From NCBI GenBank assembly GCA_963716745.1, contig OY970320.1:1527865-1591864 (forward strand): a DNA stretch of 64,000 nt. The letters run 5' to 3'. The position numbers and the translations under genes were made by a program. The DNA comes from an uncultured Gemmatimonadaceae bacterium (lineage in GTDB: Bacteria; Gemmatimonadota; Gemmatimonadetes; Gemmatimonadales; Gemmatimonadaceae). The notes under the pieces were generated by a model, which was not told the origin of the DNA, searched no databases, and was given only the letters and a program-made list of their open reading frames with translations. Numbering within the stretch: position 1 is the stretch's first letter; each line of letters opens with the position of its first letter. Below, piece by piece: positions 49,944 to 64,000 of the stretch.

Positions 49944-51116
49944 ATGCGACAGCCACTTCCCCGATCATTCGCCGCCGCGCTCCTCGCGGGCATGCTCGCC
50001 CTCGCGCCGGCCGCGGCGGCGCAAGTCGTGCACGGCGATGTGACGGACGCCTCAACGCACGCGCCGATCCTCGGCGCGATCGTGATCGTGACCGACACGT
50101 CGGGCGCGCGCGTAGCCGGCGCGATCACGGACGATTCGGGCCGATTCTCGCTCCGCCTCGGCGCGGCCGGCAATTACCGTCTGCGCGCCGAACGCATCGG
50201 GTACGCCGCGAACAAATTCGATACGATCTCGATCGCGGCGGGTGCGTCGCTGATCGCGCACCTGAGCGCGACATCCGTCGCGGTGATACTGCCCACGGTG
50301 TTCGTGAGCGCCGAGTCGCGCTGCGTGATCCGGCCGACGGAAGGCGCCGAGACGGCCATCGTATGGGAGGAGGCGCGGAAGGCGCTGGATGCGACCGAGA
50401 TCGCGATCGATGGGAAAACTGTGTTCGCGGTGCGAAAGCGCTATACGCGGGATCTCGACGGCACGAGCCTCAGCATTCGCAAAGAGCAGACGCTCGTCGA
50501 TTCCGTGATGCTCGAGCATCCGTGGCAAACGGCGGTGTCGCCGGAAGACCTCGCGCGCCACGGCTACCGCGTGATGTACGCCGGCGCGCCACTGCCCGGA
50601 TTCCTGCAGCCCGGCGACTCGGTGCTCGCCGTGCCCGACGCGGATGTGCTGCTCTCCGACGCGTTCGCGCGCACGCATTGTTTCCGGGTGCGGCACGATT
50701 CCACCGACGACGAGCATCCCGGGCTCATCGGGCTCATGTTCACTCCGGTGATCAAGCGGAGCGCGCCGGATGTGACCGGAACGCTCTGGCTCGACTCGGC
50801 CACGGCGCATCTGCGCTATATGGAGTTCCGCCATACGAACATGTTCGCCGAGGTATCGCCGCGCCGCTACGGTGGACGCATGGACTTCGAGTTGCTGCCG
50901 GGCGGCCTCTGGGTCGTACGCCGCTGGACGGTTCGTCTTCCCGTGCTCACGACGGCGAGCACGAACGCCGCCGGCATGGGTGACGCGCGGTACTTGACCG
51001 GCGGCCGCCACATCGCGTTCTACCATGATGATGGCGGAGAGTTATTGAGCGCGACGGTCATCAAGTCGCCGGCCGCGGCCGCGCCGATCCCGAAGCCTCC
51101 CTCCGCAACGCCGTGA
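49944..51116 (+). CDS. Carboxypeptidase-regulatory-like domain protein, exported
   Basis: ATG at 49944 (MRQPLPRSFAAALLAGMLALAPAAAAQ). VHGDVTDASTHAPILGAIVIVTDTSGARVAGAITDDSGRFSLRL is a CarbopepD_reg-like pattern. Confidence 0.55.
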   Translation: MRQPLPRSFAAALLAGMLALAPAAAAQVVHGDVTDASTHAPILGAIVIVTDTSGARVAGAITDDSGRFSLRLGAAGNYRLRAERIGYAANKFDTISIAAGASLIAHLSATSVAVILPTVFVSAESRCVIRPTEGAETAIVWEEARKALDATEIAIDGKTVFAVRKRYTRDLDGTSLSIRKEQTLVDSVMLEHPWQTAVSPEDLARHGYRVMYAGAPLPGFLQPGDSVLAVPDADVLLSDAFARTHCFRVRHDSTDDEHPGLIGLMFTPVIKRSAPDVTGTLWLDSATAHLRYMEFRHTNMFAEVSPRRYGGRMDFELLPGGLWVVRRWTVRLPVLTTASTNAAGMGDARYLTGGRHIAFYHDDGGELLSATVIKSPAAAAPIPKPPSATP

Positions 51117-51120
51117 TGCG

Positions 51121-51912
51121 GTGACGCCGGTGCTGCTTTCACCCGGCGCCCCGCTCGTGATCGGCCACCGCGGCGCGGCGGCGCGTGCGCCGGAGAACAC
51201 GATGATGTCGTTCGAGCTCGCGGCATCGGCGGGCGTCGACGCGCTCGAGTTCGACGTCCACCTCTCGGCCGACGGGCGCGTCGTGGTGATCCACGATGCC
51301 GACCTCGGACGTACCACGGACCGCTCGGGAGCGGTGGGATCGCTTACGCTCGCCGAGATCCAGAACGCCGATGCCGGCGCGCGGTTCTCGCGCGACGGCC
51401 GCAGCTTCCCGCATCGCGGCGGCGGCGTTCGCGTTCCGGCGATCGAGGAAGTGCTCGCGCGGTTCCCGGCGATGCCGCTGTTGATCGAACTGAAGACGGC
51501 CGCCGCGAGCGCGGAGCTCCGTCGCGTACTCGCGGCGCACCGCGCGGAGGACCGGTGCGTGATCGGCTCGTTCGATCACGCCGCCCTCGCGCTGTTCCGC
51601 GAACCGCCGTGGCATGCGTCCGGCTCGCAGTCGGATGTGCAGCGTGAGATCGCACATGTCTTGTTCGGCCTGCCGGCCGGAGCGCGCCGCTACGAGGCGC
51701 TCTCGATCCCGCCGTCGTGGCGCGGGATCCCGCTGCCGGTGCGCGCGCTCGCGCGCGATGCGCTCACGCGCGCGATCCCCGTGCATGTGTGGACCGTGGA
51801 CCGTGCCGAGGATGCGCGGCGTCTCTGGGACGCGGGCGTGACGGGGATCATCAGCAACGATCCGGCGGCGATCATCGACGCGCGGCGGGAGGCAACCCAA
51901 CGGCCGAGTTGA
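51121..51912 (+). CDS. Glycerophosphodiester phosphodiesterase
   Basis: VIGHRGAAARAPENT, LEFDVHLSADGRVVVIHD, LIELK, VHVWTVD. Confidence 0.85.
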   Translation: MTPVLLSPGAPLVIGHRGAAARAPENTMMSFELAASAGVDALEFDVHLSADGRVVVIHDADLGRTTDRSGAVGSLTLAEIQNADAGARFSRDGRSFPHRGGGVRVPAIEEVLARFPAMPLLIELKTAAASAELRRVLAAHRAEDRCVIGSFDHAALALFREPPWHASGSQSDVQREIAHVLFGLPAGARRYEALSIPPSWRGIPLPVRALARDALTRAIPVHVWTVDRAEDARRLWDAGVTGIISNDPAAIIDARREATQRPS

Positions 51913-52585
51913 GCCACCGCACGAGCGGGAGGATGGCGGCGTATTCGCGCGCCACGCGCGTCGCGAGATCGGGGCGGATCGCCTCGGAATCCGTCATGGA
52001 TCGCCCGGCGGTGAACGACTGGTACCGCAGCCATCGCGCGGCGGGGTGCGGCTCGGCGAACCCGCGCGGCAAACGGGTGAGCATGTAGTCGGTGGAGATC
52101 CCGCCATAGCGCCGGCGCATCGATGTCGAGTCGGCCACGCGCGCGAACCCTTTCGGGTCGGCCACGATCGCGTCGCGCAGTTTCGTCAGCACGTCGCGGC
52201 CCGGCCGCCAGAGACCTCCGCCGATCTCGCCGCCGCCGGGTTCGAGATGGAAATAGAAACCGGCACCGCCGCCATCGTGTCCGACCTTCGCGTCGGAATC
52301 GCGATGGAAGAACCAGCAGGCGGCGTGCGTCTTGTACGGACGCTTGTCGGAGGAGAAGCGCACGTCGCGATAGATGCGAAAGATCGACCGGCGCGCATCG
52401 CCGCAGATCTCGGGGGCGAAGCGCGCCAGTCGATCGTCCATCTCCTCCACGAACTCGCGCATGGGGCCGAGCACTTCCTGCTCCCATGTGGCGCGATGGG
52501 CCTCGAACCACGCTCGCTCATTGTGGCGCTTGAGCGAGCGGAGATACTTCAGCGCAGCCGGACGAAATCCAGCGAATGCGCCCAA
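51872..52585 (-). CDS. DUF2461 (TIGR02453) family protein
   Basis: FLRSLKRHNERAWFEAH..., IFRIYRDVRFSSDKRPYKTH, FYFHLEPGG. Confidence 0.7.
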   Translation of the reverse strand: MGAFAGFRPAALKYLRSLKRHNERAWFEAHRATWEQEVLGPMREFVEEMDDRLARFAPEICGDARRSIFRIYRDVRFSSDKRPYKTHAACWFFHRDSDAKVGHDGGGAGFYFHLEPGGGEIGGGLWRPGRDVLTKLRDAIVADPKGFARVADSTSMRRRYGGISTDYMLTRLPRGFAEPHPAARWLRYQSFTAGRSMTDSEAIRPDLATRVAREYAAILPLVRWLNSAVGLPPAARR

Positions 52586-52591
52586 CGGCCG

Positions 52592-54067
52592 TTAGGGAAC
52601 GCGATGTCCCATGCCGCCGCCTCCGCCGCCACCGCTCGGATGCGCGGCCGGAGCTCCACCACCGCCGTGAGGCGCCGAGGGGCCGCCGTAGTGCGGTGCC
52701 GGTGCGCCGCCGCCTCGCGGTGCGGACGCCGGACCCGATGGACCGCCGCGTTGCGCGGTCATCGGCCCGCCACCGCCACGCGGCGCCGGGGCATTGCGGC
52801 CCGGCTCATAGCGAGGCGGACCCTGATAGCGCTGCGGACGCTGCGCCGACTGCGGCGAACCATTCTGCCCGTTGCCGGAGGTATTGCGACGTCCGAGGTA
52901 CGGCGCGTCCATGTGGCGCGGTTCCGACGTCGGCGTGTGCAGCGCGGGGCCGCGGCCGCCGAGCGTGAAGCCCGCGTGCGTGGCAGTCACCTGCCCACCA
53001 TGCGTGCCGACGGCGGGCCCGAGGAATCCAGCGGGCGTGCCGGTGGTCTGCGGACGGTAGGGCGTACCCATGGTCGTGCCCGTGTGGCCGAAGCCGCTCG
53101 ATCCAGGCGTAGTAGTGAGTGGCGGCCGATAGCCGATGCCTGTGCCGCCCGTGCCCATCGGATTGCCCGGCTTGAAGCCATAGTGCGGACCGTAGCCGTT
53201 GCCAGGATATCCATAGTACGGATAGCCATAGCCCGGGTGGTAACCGTAGCCATAGTACGGATAGCCGTAGCCGTAGTAGGGATAGCCGTAGCCGTATCCC
53301 GGATAGCCGCCGTAGCCGCAGCAGCCGAATCCAAAGCTGAAGCCGAACGACCAACCGCCGTAGCCGTAGCCGAAGTACGCGCCGGGATAGCCATAGCCGT
53401 ATGGGCCATAGCCATAAAGCAACGGACCGCCGTAGCAGAACGGGCTATAGATCCCCCAGCACGGCGAGCCGCCGTACACCGTCGTCGGTCCCGCGTATGC
53501 GGTCGACGCCGACGCGTACGAGTCATGCGCGATCACTTCATAGCGATAGATATCGTAATCGAAATGGCCCGTGCTCATCTTGTTCACGAGCACGGTGAAG
53601 CCATTCTCGAAATCGCTGTCGAGACTCTTGTCGTAGAGCGCGCCGTAGTCCCAATGATCGTTCTGCGCGAAATCATTGAAGCGGAAGGGGACGCTCGAGA
53701 TCGCGGCGTAGACCATGCCCTGCCCGCCGGGGCCGTCCACGTAGAACGTGCCCTTGCCGTTCCGGCCGGCGAGTTTGAAGTCCTTGCCGCCGCGCACGAA
53801 GTCGTCGTCGCCCGGATCGAGCGGGAAGATCACGCGCACGCGTCCATCCACATCGGCTTGCATCACGATGAGGTACCCGTCTTCGCGCGTCCGCACATGG
53901 ACGTCGGCGTTGTCGCCGCGCGAGTACTGATCCCAGTCGGTCCAGACCTTGATGACGGGATCCCCGGAGCGCATGTGACGATCGGCGCTGGCCACGGGTG
54001 CGGCCGGCGCGGCGCTGTTCGGGAGCGTGACCGCGGTGAGCAGGGTGAACAGGACGGAGTGCATCAT
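52592..54067 (-). CDS. Exported protein: DUF4384-like N-terminal domain plus extreme Gly/Tyr/Pro low-complexity C-terminal half
   Basis: Signal peptide; VWTDWDQYSRGDNADVHVRTREDGYLIVMQADVDGRVRVIFP (DUF4384-like). This is followed by YGYGPYGYGYPGAYFGYGYGGWSFGFSFGFGCCGYGGYPGYGYGYPYYGYGYPYYGYGYHPGYGYPYYGYPGNGYGPHYG and a Gly/Pro/Arg-rich tail. Confidence 0.6.
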   Translation of the reverse strand: MMHSVLFTLLTAVTLPNSAAPAAPVASADRHMRSGDPVIKVWTDWDQYSRGDNADVHVRTREDGYLIVMQADVDGRVRVIFPLDPGDDDFVRGGKDFKLAGRNGKGTFYVDGPGGQGMVYAAISSVPFRFNDFAQNDHWDYGALYDKSLDSDFENGFTVLVNKMSTGHFDYDIYRYEVIAHDSYASASTAYAGPTTVYGGSPCWGIYSPFCYGGPLLYGYGPYGYGYPGAYFGYGYGGWSFGFSFGFGCCGYGGYPGYGYGYPYYGYGYPYYGYGYHPGYGYPYYGYPGNGYGPHYGFKPGNPMGTGGTGIGYRPPLTTTPGSSGFGHTGTTMGTPYRPQTTGTPAGFLGPAVGTHGGQVTATHAGFTLGGRGPALHTPTSEPRHMDAPYLGRRNTSGNGQNGSPQSAQRPQRYQGPPRYEPGRNAPAPRGGGGPMTAQRGGPSGPASAPRGGGAPAPHYGGPSAPHGGGGAPAAHPSGGGGGGGMGHRVP

Positions 54068-54243
54068 ATGACCTCCGGAACGCGACGCAACGCTCGAGCG
54101 GCATGTGCCACCCGCACCTTGTACTTATGCGACTTGCATGCCGTCCGTCAAGTTACTTCCGGGCAAGGACTTGGCTTTTCTGCTGCCACAGAAAGTGTCC
54201 ATAAAACGGACGGTGGGTGAGATACGATTGGACACCGGTGAAG

Positions 54244-54355
54244 TACGCGGGAAGCGGGAAGCGGGAATCGCCGCGGGAAGCGAGAACGGCGCGATGGGCA
54301 CCATCGCGCAGTTCTCGCGTCACCGCGGCGAGTCCCGCGTCCCGCTTCCCGCGTA
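54244..54355. repeat. Composite hairpin abutting the stop of the DUF62 gene
   Basis: TACGCGGGAAGCGGGAAGCGGGAATCGCCGCGGGAAGCGAGAAC pairs with GTTCTCGCGTCACCGCGGCGAGTCCCGCGTCCCGCTTCCCGCGTA, with a few mismatches and one indel. The arms are built of GCGGGAA repeats, and the loop is itself palindromic (GCGCGATGG/CCATCGCGC). Confidence 0.8.
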
Positions 54356-54356
54356 G

Positions 54357-55286
54357 TTATTGCTTGCTGATCTCGAGGCTCCACTCCGTGCCCGCGCCGA
54401 TCGAGTAGCGCTTCGCGAAGTTCCCCTCGTTCAGCGCCAACGCCATGCGATCGAGACTGTTCACGTAGAGCAGCGGCTTCGAGACGGGGACGTCGCCGAA
54501 GGTGCGCGCGATCGGCACGATGTCGGACCAGACCGCCGTCGAGCCCTTCATGATGCGCACGCGCACGCGGTCGCCCGTCTTCAAGCCAAGCGCGTGCACC
54601 GCCGTCGTGTCGATGTTGGTCCAGAGATTCCCGTACGGCTGATCGAGCGCGATGATCGTGCCGGTCACGGAATGGGCGGCGATCTGCGGCGGCGGCACGG
54701 GGAGCGCCACGTACTGCGTGCCGCGGCTCGGGCCCACCTGCGCGAACGTGATCACGCCCGACGCGAGCCGCGCCGCGGTGTACATGTACACGTCGCGGCC
54801 ATGGAAGGTGGCGCTCCACTCGGATCCGGGGCGCCGGTTCACGGTCTCGTCGATCTCGCGCACTTCGTCCACGCCGAGCAATTCCGCGACGAAGGTGAGC
54901 GTCCCGTTGTCCGGCGTGACGAAGTACTGCCCGGTCTTCGTACGCATCACGACGGAGAGGCGCTTCGTACCGACGCCCGGATCGACGATCGACACGAACA
55001 CGGTGCCGGCCGGCCAGAACGGTGCGACCTGTCGCAGCCGGTACGAGGCGTCGAGGATGTCGAAGGGCGGGATGAGCTGCGTGAGATCCTCCACGCGCAG
55101 CGCCGGGCTCACGGTATACGCAACGCCCTTGAGCGCGGCGACCGCTCCGTCCTGCAGACCGAAGTCGGACTGAATCAGAATAACGGGCGCCGGTGCAGCC
55201 GGCGGCGCGCCGGCCTGCGCTCCCGCACCCGCCCCAACGAGGGCGAGTGCGGCGAGCGAGGCTGCTGCGCGAACGACCGCCGTCAA
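54357..55286 (-). CDS. SAM hydroxide adenosyltransferase / DUF62 (fluorinase-chlorinase superfamily) protein with N-terminal signal-like peptide
   Basis: ILIQSDFGLQDGAVAALKGV, IVDPGVGTKR, FVTPDNGTLTFV. The N-terminus is MTAVVRAAASLAALALVGAGAGAQA. Confidence 0.7.
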   Translation of the reverse strand: MTAVVRAAASLAALALVGAGAGAQAGAPPAAPAPVILIQSDFGLQDGAVAALKGVAYTVSPALRVEDLTQLIPPFDILDASYRLRQVAPFWPAGTVFVSIVDPGVGTKRLSVVMRTKTGQYFVTPDNGTLTFVAELLGVDEVREIDETVNRRPGSEWSATFHGRDVYMYTAARLASGVITFAQVGPSRGTQYVALPVPPPQIAAHSVTGTIIALDQPYGNLWTNIDTTAVHALGLKTGDRVRVRIMKGSTAVWSDIVPIARTFGDVPVSKPLLYVNSLDRMALALNEGNFAKRYSIGAGTEWSLEISKQ

Positions 55287-55287
55287 A

Positions 55288-55746
55288 CTACTTCGGCGTC
55301 TGGTACTGGACGATGGAGTTCACGTCGAGCGACCACTGCACGAAGCGCAGCGTGGGCGTGAGGTTGAACGGCTGCGACGGTATTTCCGCGCCGCCGTTCC
55401 CCTGCGCGACGAGCCGGTAGCTGCCGTTCAGATTCCCGGCCTTGAACGTGAACGCCTTGGTGGCGTTGATCGGAACATCGCCGAGGAGGATACGGCCGAC
55501 GGACGGGCCGATAACCCACACGGTGACCACGGCGGGCGGGATCCGGCTGTTGATCACGTTCACCAGGATCTCGGTGGACACCACGGTGTCGCCGCCGCTC
55601 GATGCGACGGCGCCGGCACTCGCACCGGCAGCGGGCGCCGCCGCCGGAGCGGGCGCGGGCGCATTCGTCGTGGACGAACCGCCGCTGCTGCACGCGGCGA
55701 AGGCGAGCGCCATCGCGGAGAGGGCAACGAGTTTCTGAGTACGCAT
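55288..55746 (-). CDS. Lipoprotein, function unknown
   Basis: ATG at 55746 (MRTQKLVALSAMALAFAACSSG, lipobox FAAC). Its stop lies 1 nt before the DUF62 start, so they are probably co-transcribed. Confidence 0.55.
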   Translation of the reverse strand: MRTQKLVALSAMALAFAACSSGGSSTTNAPAPAPAAAPAAGASAGAVASSGGDTVVSTEILVNVINSRIPPAVVTVWVIGPSVGRILLGDVPINATKAFTFKAGNLNGSYRLVAQGNGGAEIPSQPFNLTPTLRFVQWSLDVNSIVQYQTPK

Positions 55747-55884
55747 GACGGTCCTCCGGTTGTAGTGAGCATGCGACAGGAGAGCGACGCACCGGCTGCG
55801 CCGCCCGGCAAAACAATGGTACGGCGCCATGGCGCATCGCACAAGTGGACTTTGGGGTGCGTGCAGCAGCCGCTCCGAGCGCTC

Positions 55885-59028
<3,144 letters not shown>

Positions 59029-59113
59029 GCGCGACCTCGTTGCACCGGTATACCCGGGAAGTCATTGCCTGCTCCATGACACTACGACGCGGTGCGCCGC
59101 GGAGTGTCGCGGC

Positions 59114-61456
<2,343 letters not shown>

Positions 61457-61539
61457 CGCGGAGTCCTCGGTAGAGCAGTGTCCAGCGTGAAGATAGAGGC
61501 GGCATGCCCACCCTGAAAGGCGCGTGTGGGCCTTGGTAC

Positions 61540-61672
61540 CGCTGAAGGGGCGCGTTTGGCAACGGAGCGTATGGTACCACAGGGCGTCCGTAGCCACGAC
61601 GCACTGTTCTCGTCGTGCCAATTCACGCCGGGTGGTACCATACGCTCCGTTGCCAGACGCGCCGTTTCAGCG
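61540..61672. repeat. Composite hairpin in a divergent promoter region
   Basis: CGCTGAAGGGGCGCGTTTGGCAACGGAGCGTATGGTACCAC pairs with GTGGTACCATACGCTCCGTTGCCAGACGCGCCGTTTCAGCG (41-nt arms, 3 mismatches). The 51-nt spacer has an inner hairpin CACGACG/CGTCGTG. Confidence 0.8.
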
Positions 61673-61761
61673 CTACTAAGGCCTACACGCGTTCGTAGGA
61701 TGCTTCCCGTGGAGAAGTCGCCGCTGCATAATTGCCTTCCATCTCCAATCCGGATCTCCCA

Positions 61762-62547
61762 ATGCGAGTCGTATTCGTAGTCGTCGCTACTATGCTCACG
61801 GCCTCGACGAAGCTCCAGTCGCAGTGCCCGACCCTGCCCTCGCCCATCGTCACGGCGTATGAGCAGCATTCCATGGACCGCCCGCAGCCGCCGGTCGTGA
61901 AACCCGCACCGGGCGGCGCGCCGGTCGCGCCGCCGAGCGATGCGATCGTGCTCTTCGATGGGAAAGACCTCTCGCAATGGGCGAGCGGCGACAGCGCGGG
62001 CAAGCCCGCGAAGTGGAAGGTGAGAGACGGCTACATGGAAGTGGTCGCGCACACGGGCGACATCCAGACCAAGCAGAGCTTCGGCGATGTGCAGCTCCAC
62101 GTCGAGTGGCGTACGCCATTGCCCGTGAGCGGCGAGGGGCAGGAGCGCGGCAATAGCGGCGTCTATCTCATGGCCGCGTTCGAGGTGCAGGTGCTCGACT
62201 CGTACGACAACCCGACCTACGCCGACGGCGCCGCGGGCTCCGTGTTCGGCCAGTATCCGCCCCTCGTGAACGCGAGCCGCAAGCCCGGCGAGTGGCAGAC
62301 GTACGACATCATCTTCCACCGTCCGCGATTCAATCAGGATGGCACGCTGCAGTGCGCCGCGCGCGTCACGGTGATCCAGAATGGCGTGGTGGTGCAGAGC
62401 GACGCCGTGCTCACCGGGCCCACCGCCTACAAGCGGCGTCCGCCGTACGCGCCAATGCCCGACAAGCTGCCGATCCTCCTTCAGGATCACAGCTTCCCGG
62501 TGCGCTACCGGAACATCTGGGTGCGCCAGCTGCCCGACGCGAACTGA
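61762..62547 (+). CDS. DUF1080 (3-keto-disaccharide hydrolase / LamG-like) domain protein, exported
   Basis: ATG at 61762 (MRVVFVVVATMLTAS). LFDGKDLSQW, WKVRDGYMEV, QLHVEWR, GNSGVYL, YEVQVLD-type motif (FEVQVLDSYDN), RNIWVRQL. Confidence 0.75.
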   Translation: MRVVFVVVATMLTASTKLQSQCPTLPSPIVTAYEQHSMDRPQPPVVKPAPGGAPVAPPSDAIVLFDGKDLSQWASGDSAGKPAKWKVRDGYMEVVAHTGDIQTKQSFGDVQLHVEWRTPLPVSGEGQERGNSGVYLMAAFEVQVLDSYDNPTYADGAAGSVFGQYPPLVNASRKPGEWQTYDIIFHRPRFNQDGTLQCAARVTVIQNGVVVQSDAVLTGPTAYKRRPPYAPMPDKLPILLQDHSFPVRYRNIWVRQLPDAN

Positions 62548-62555
62548 GCGCCGCG

Positions 62556-64000
62556 ATGAAGGCTGATGACATGTATGACGTGTGCATCGTCGGCTCGGGC
62601 GCCGGCGGCGGGATGGCGGCGTACACGCTCACGAAGGCCGGCGCGCGTGTGCTGCTGCTCGAAGCTGGCCCCGCGTGGTACGCGACCAAAGATTCGAAGA
62701 TGCTCGTGCCGGAATATTCCTCGCCGCGGCGCGGCGGCAGTACGAAGACGAAACCGTTCGGCGAGTTCGACGGCTGCATCGGCGGATGGGAGATCGCGGG
62801 CGAGCCCTACACGCGCGCGCCCGGCACCACCTTCGACTGGTGGCGCGCCCGGATGCTCGGCGGGCGCACGAGCCACTGGGGGCGGATCTCGCTTCGCTTC
62901 GGGCCCGACGATTTTCGCGGCAAGAGCCGCGATGGACTCGGCGACGATTGGCCGATCGGCTACGACGATCTCGCGCCGTACTACGACAAAGTCGATGAGC
63001 TCATCGGCGTCTTCGGCAGCGTCGAGGGACTGCCGAACCATCCCGACGGGAAATTCCTGCCGCCGCCCAAGCCGCGCTGCTACGAGCTGATGATCAAGCA
63101 GGCGTGCGACGACTCTGAGCGTCACGTGCATCCCGTCGCGGCTTTCGATCCTCACGAAGTCCATCCACGGCCGCGCGGCGTGCCACTACTGCGGCCAATG
63201 CGGACGCGGCTGCGGCACCGCGTCGAACTTCTCGAGCCCCGATGTGCTCATCGCGCCGGCGCTCAAGACGGGCAAGCTCACGCTCGTGACCAACGCGATG
63301 GCGCGCGAAGTCACCGTAGGGAAGGATGGCCTCGCCGAAGGCGTGACGTACATCGACAAGACCACGGGCACGGAGCGTCACGCGCGCGCGCGGGTGATCG
63401 TGCTCGCGGCGAGCGCGTGCGAGTCGGCGCGCATCCTGCTCAACTCGCGCTCGATCGCTCTTCCCGCAGGGGCTCGCGAATTCGAGCGGCGTGGTGGGCA
63501 AGTATCTCACCGACACCACCGGCGCCGGCGTGAGCGGGTTCATCCCGAAGATGATGGACCACGTGCCGCACAACGAAGATGGCGTCGGCGGCGCGCACAT
63601 CTATTCGCCCTGGTGGCTCGACAACGCGAAGCTCGATTTCCCGCGCGGCTACCACATCGAGATGGGCGGCGGGCTCGACTCGCCGGGCTACGGATTCATG
63701 GGCGGCATCCAGAGCTATCCGCCCGGCGGCGGCTACGGCAAGCAGCTGAAGGATGACTATCGCCGCTACTACGGCGCGTCCGTCGGATTCTCCGGCCGCG
63801 GCGAGATGATCCCCAACGCCGACTGCTACTGCGAACTCGATCCCGACGTCGTGGACAAGTACGGCATTCCGGTGCTCCGCTTCCACTGGAAATGGAGCGA
63901 TCACGAGCTGAACCAGGTGAAGCACATGCAGGAGACCTTCCGCGCGCTCATCGCCGAGATGGGCGGCACGGTATTCGATGCGATGCCCACGAGAGAACAA
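62556..64000 (+). pseudogene. GMC-family FAD oxidoreductase (gluconate-2-dehydrogenase flavoprotein-like), two frame breaks; continues beyond the window end
   Basis: YDVCIVGSGAGGGMAAYTL, GGRTSHWG. The +1 frame carries VTCIPSRLSIL...CHYCGQCGRGCGTASNFSS...VIVLAASACESARILLNS. The next +1 frame carries FPQGLANSSGVVGKYLTDTTG... The joins are near 63110 and 63460. Confidence 0.75.

Overview
High-GC (about 68-70% by eye) bacterial chromosomal segment, densely coding on both strands. I count about 60 protein genes and recognised no rRNA, tRNA, CRISPR array, transposase or integrase. The gene content is mostly core metabolism: acs, acnA, ppa, aguB-aguA, psuG, a kynureninase-like gene, an alpha carbonic anhydrase, M16 and M28 peptidases, and SulP and APC transporters. 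It also includes two TPR Ser/Thr kinases. This mix fits a soil Gemmatimonadota- or Acidobacteriota-like organism, but that placement is inference only.

Five things stand out.

1. A divergent 7-gene lipid cluster at 34.4-41.1 kb. It combines an alpha-oxoamine synthase, a DAGK/LCB-type lipid kinase, a Zn-dependent dehydrogenase, a PlsC-type acyltransferase, a Tam41-like protein and a CDP-alcohol phosphatidyltransferase. I read it as a candidate sphingo- or amino-phospholipid pathway that uses a CMP-activated intermediate.

2. A second lipid/polyketide-type operon at 1.1-7.6 kb. It encodes DUF92, a B12-binding radical SAM enzyme, a geranylgeranyl-reductase-like flavoprotein, a flavin reductase, a methyltransferase, an SRPBCC protein and a KAS I/II enzyme. 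Its reading frames are heavily broken.

3. A lipoprotein peroxiredoxin with an in-frame TGA exactly at the peroxidatic Cys position, followed by a SECIS-like hairpin. This is a selenoprotein candidate.

4. Two families of long intergenic palindromic repeats, plus several unique composite hairpins. Most sit at gene 3' ends.

5. About 18 reading-frame breaks in clearly recognisable genes. They are clustered, and 17 of the 18 go in the same (+1, single-base-insertion-like) direction. This looks more like a sequence-quality artefact than biology.

Coordinates are anchored on the supplied ORF track. All family assignments come from motif recognition by eye, not from searches.
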